Assembly: GCA_049663825.1 (NCBI GenBank)
Contig: JBATEC010000183.1
Location: 1-60,465 of the forward strand
Reading direction: 5' to 3'
Source: Methanothrix sp.
GTDB taxonomy: Archaea; Halobacteriota; Methanosarcinia; Methanotrichales; Methanotrichaceae
Length of the DNA stretch: 60,465 bases
Shown here: one piece after another, positions 59,744 to 60,465 of the stretch
How the letters are laid out: each line of letters opens with the position of its first letter
How positions within the stretch are numbered: position 1 is the first letter of the stretch
Notes under the pieces: model-generated
Databases searched by the model: none
The model's input: the letters and a program-made list of their open reading frames with translations, nothing else
Told to the model about the DNA's origin: nothing
Translations under genes and position numbers: made by a program

Positions 59744-60106
59744 TTACCGTCCCTCCATAACGATATGGTTCTTCCTCGGGCCACAAATATGCAGATTGGA
59801 TCGGCGGTTATCAATTCCATTATGATTGATGTGGTCTGCGCATTCGTCCTCTTTTAAGGGTCTCCCTAAGATCCTTTCTAAAATGATGAGGTGCATATGA
59901 ATGCGTTTTCTCTCTCCAGTTGATCTATCGGTACTGGCTGCATAATAGTTGGTATTGTGTTTTCCAACCTTTACGACAAACCACTTGATATTCGCCAAAT
60001 CGCTGTCTATCTCATCTATGAGGGCGGTTTTTCTTTGTGTTAGTTTTATCTCAATAACGACCTCGCGCGCATGGCGCAAAGATCGTTCTGCTGAACTTGG
60101 AACCAT
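59744..60106 (-). CDS. Phage-type HNH endonuclease, probably truncated
   Basis: IKLTQ.K.ALID, MHLIILERILG, DHINHNGIDNRRSNL. Confidence 0.8.
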   Translation of the reverse strand: MVPSSAERSLRHAREVVIEIKLTQRKTALIDEIDSDLANIKWFVVKVGKHNTNYYAASTDRSTGERKRIHMHLIILERILGRPLKEDECADHINHNGIDNRRSNLHICGPRKNHIVMEGR

Positions 60107-60465
60107 TTCCTAACCACCTCATTAATTTAACTGTATTAATATATTCTTACTATATTTTTCTCTTTTTTAATATATTCTTCTCAAGAAAGCCAGCAAAATC
60201 AAGCTGAAATTCTTTCAGCTTTTAGATCTTAAGATATACCCTCAAATACTTCCTATTTCCTGGAAGTAATTAAGCTATTTATTTTAAACTCAAAACCAAC
60301 TTTCGTTTATTAAGATGGTACTCCTTGACCTCTATATCATACATGACTGAAAGCAATTCCGAAAAGCGATTTTCGGGAAAGTGCATCCTTTTGCCTAAAA
60401 CATCCTTCGCGAAAATCTTGCAGCCGTTGGCCGCCAGGAGAGCTCGGAGCACTTTCTCTCTATCT

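Noticed and set aside
1..60465. CRISPR array or cas genes
   Set aside because: No regularly spaced direct repeats or Cas motifs seen; the repeats at 34.3-34.75 kb are TPR-coding

Overview
Archaeal chromosome segment from a methanogen, most consistent with Methanothrix/Methanosaeta (MC1 chromatin proteins, DUF1699, cofC/cofE/cofH, mfnA, gatD, methanogenesis marker 9, frequent TTG starts). Family assignments are from motif recognition, not database searches. Housekeeping blocks: rps19e-PDCD5-rpl39e-rpl31e-eIF6-rplX-pfdA-ftsY (1.5-5.9 kb); moxR-DUF58-larA-rimI and radB-DUF447-citG-marker 9 (20-27 kb); cofC-cofE-eIF2beta-rpl10e-gatD, rnp4, ppsA, mfnA, two TRAM genes, rsmB-family, cofH and two pstS (38-54.5 kb). 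Accessory regions: (i) an IS21 element with truncated istB followed by a partly decayed metal-uptake ABC island (6-20 kb); (ii) a region beside tRNA-Gly(CCC) with a deleted IS481, small DNA-binding proteins and an NLR-like NB-ARC/TPR locus (29-38 kb); (iii) a terminal mobile-element graveyard with a Cys-rich repeat protein, CHAT remnant, MITE, IS630 fragment and HNH (54.7-60.4 kb). Most notable: a 2TM + amyloid-like motif + NB-ARC + TPR locus split by one extra base in a C5 run; several genes missed or truncated by the ORF track that appear to start at ATA/ATT/ATC behind Shine-Dalgarno motifs (including a second MC1 and an AT-hook microprotein); and candidate hairpin sRNAs.
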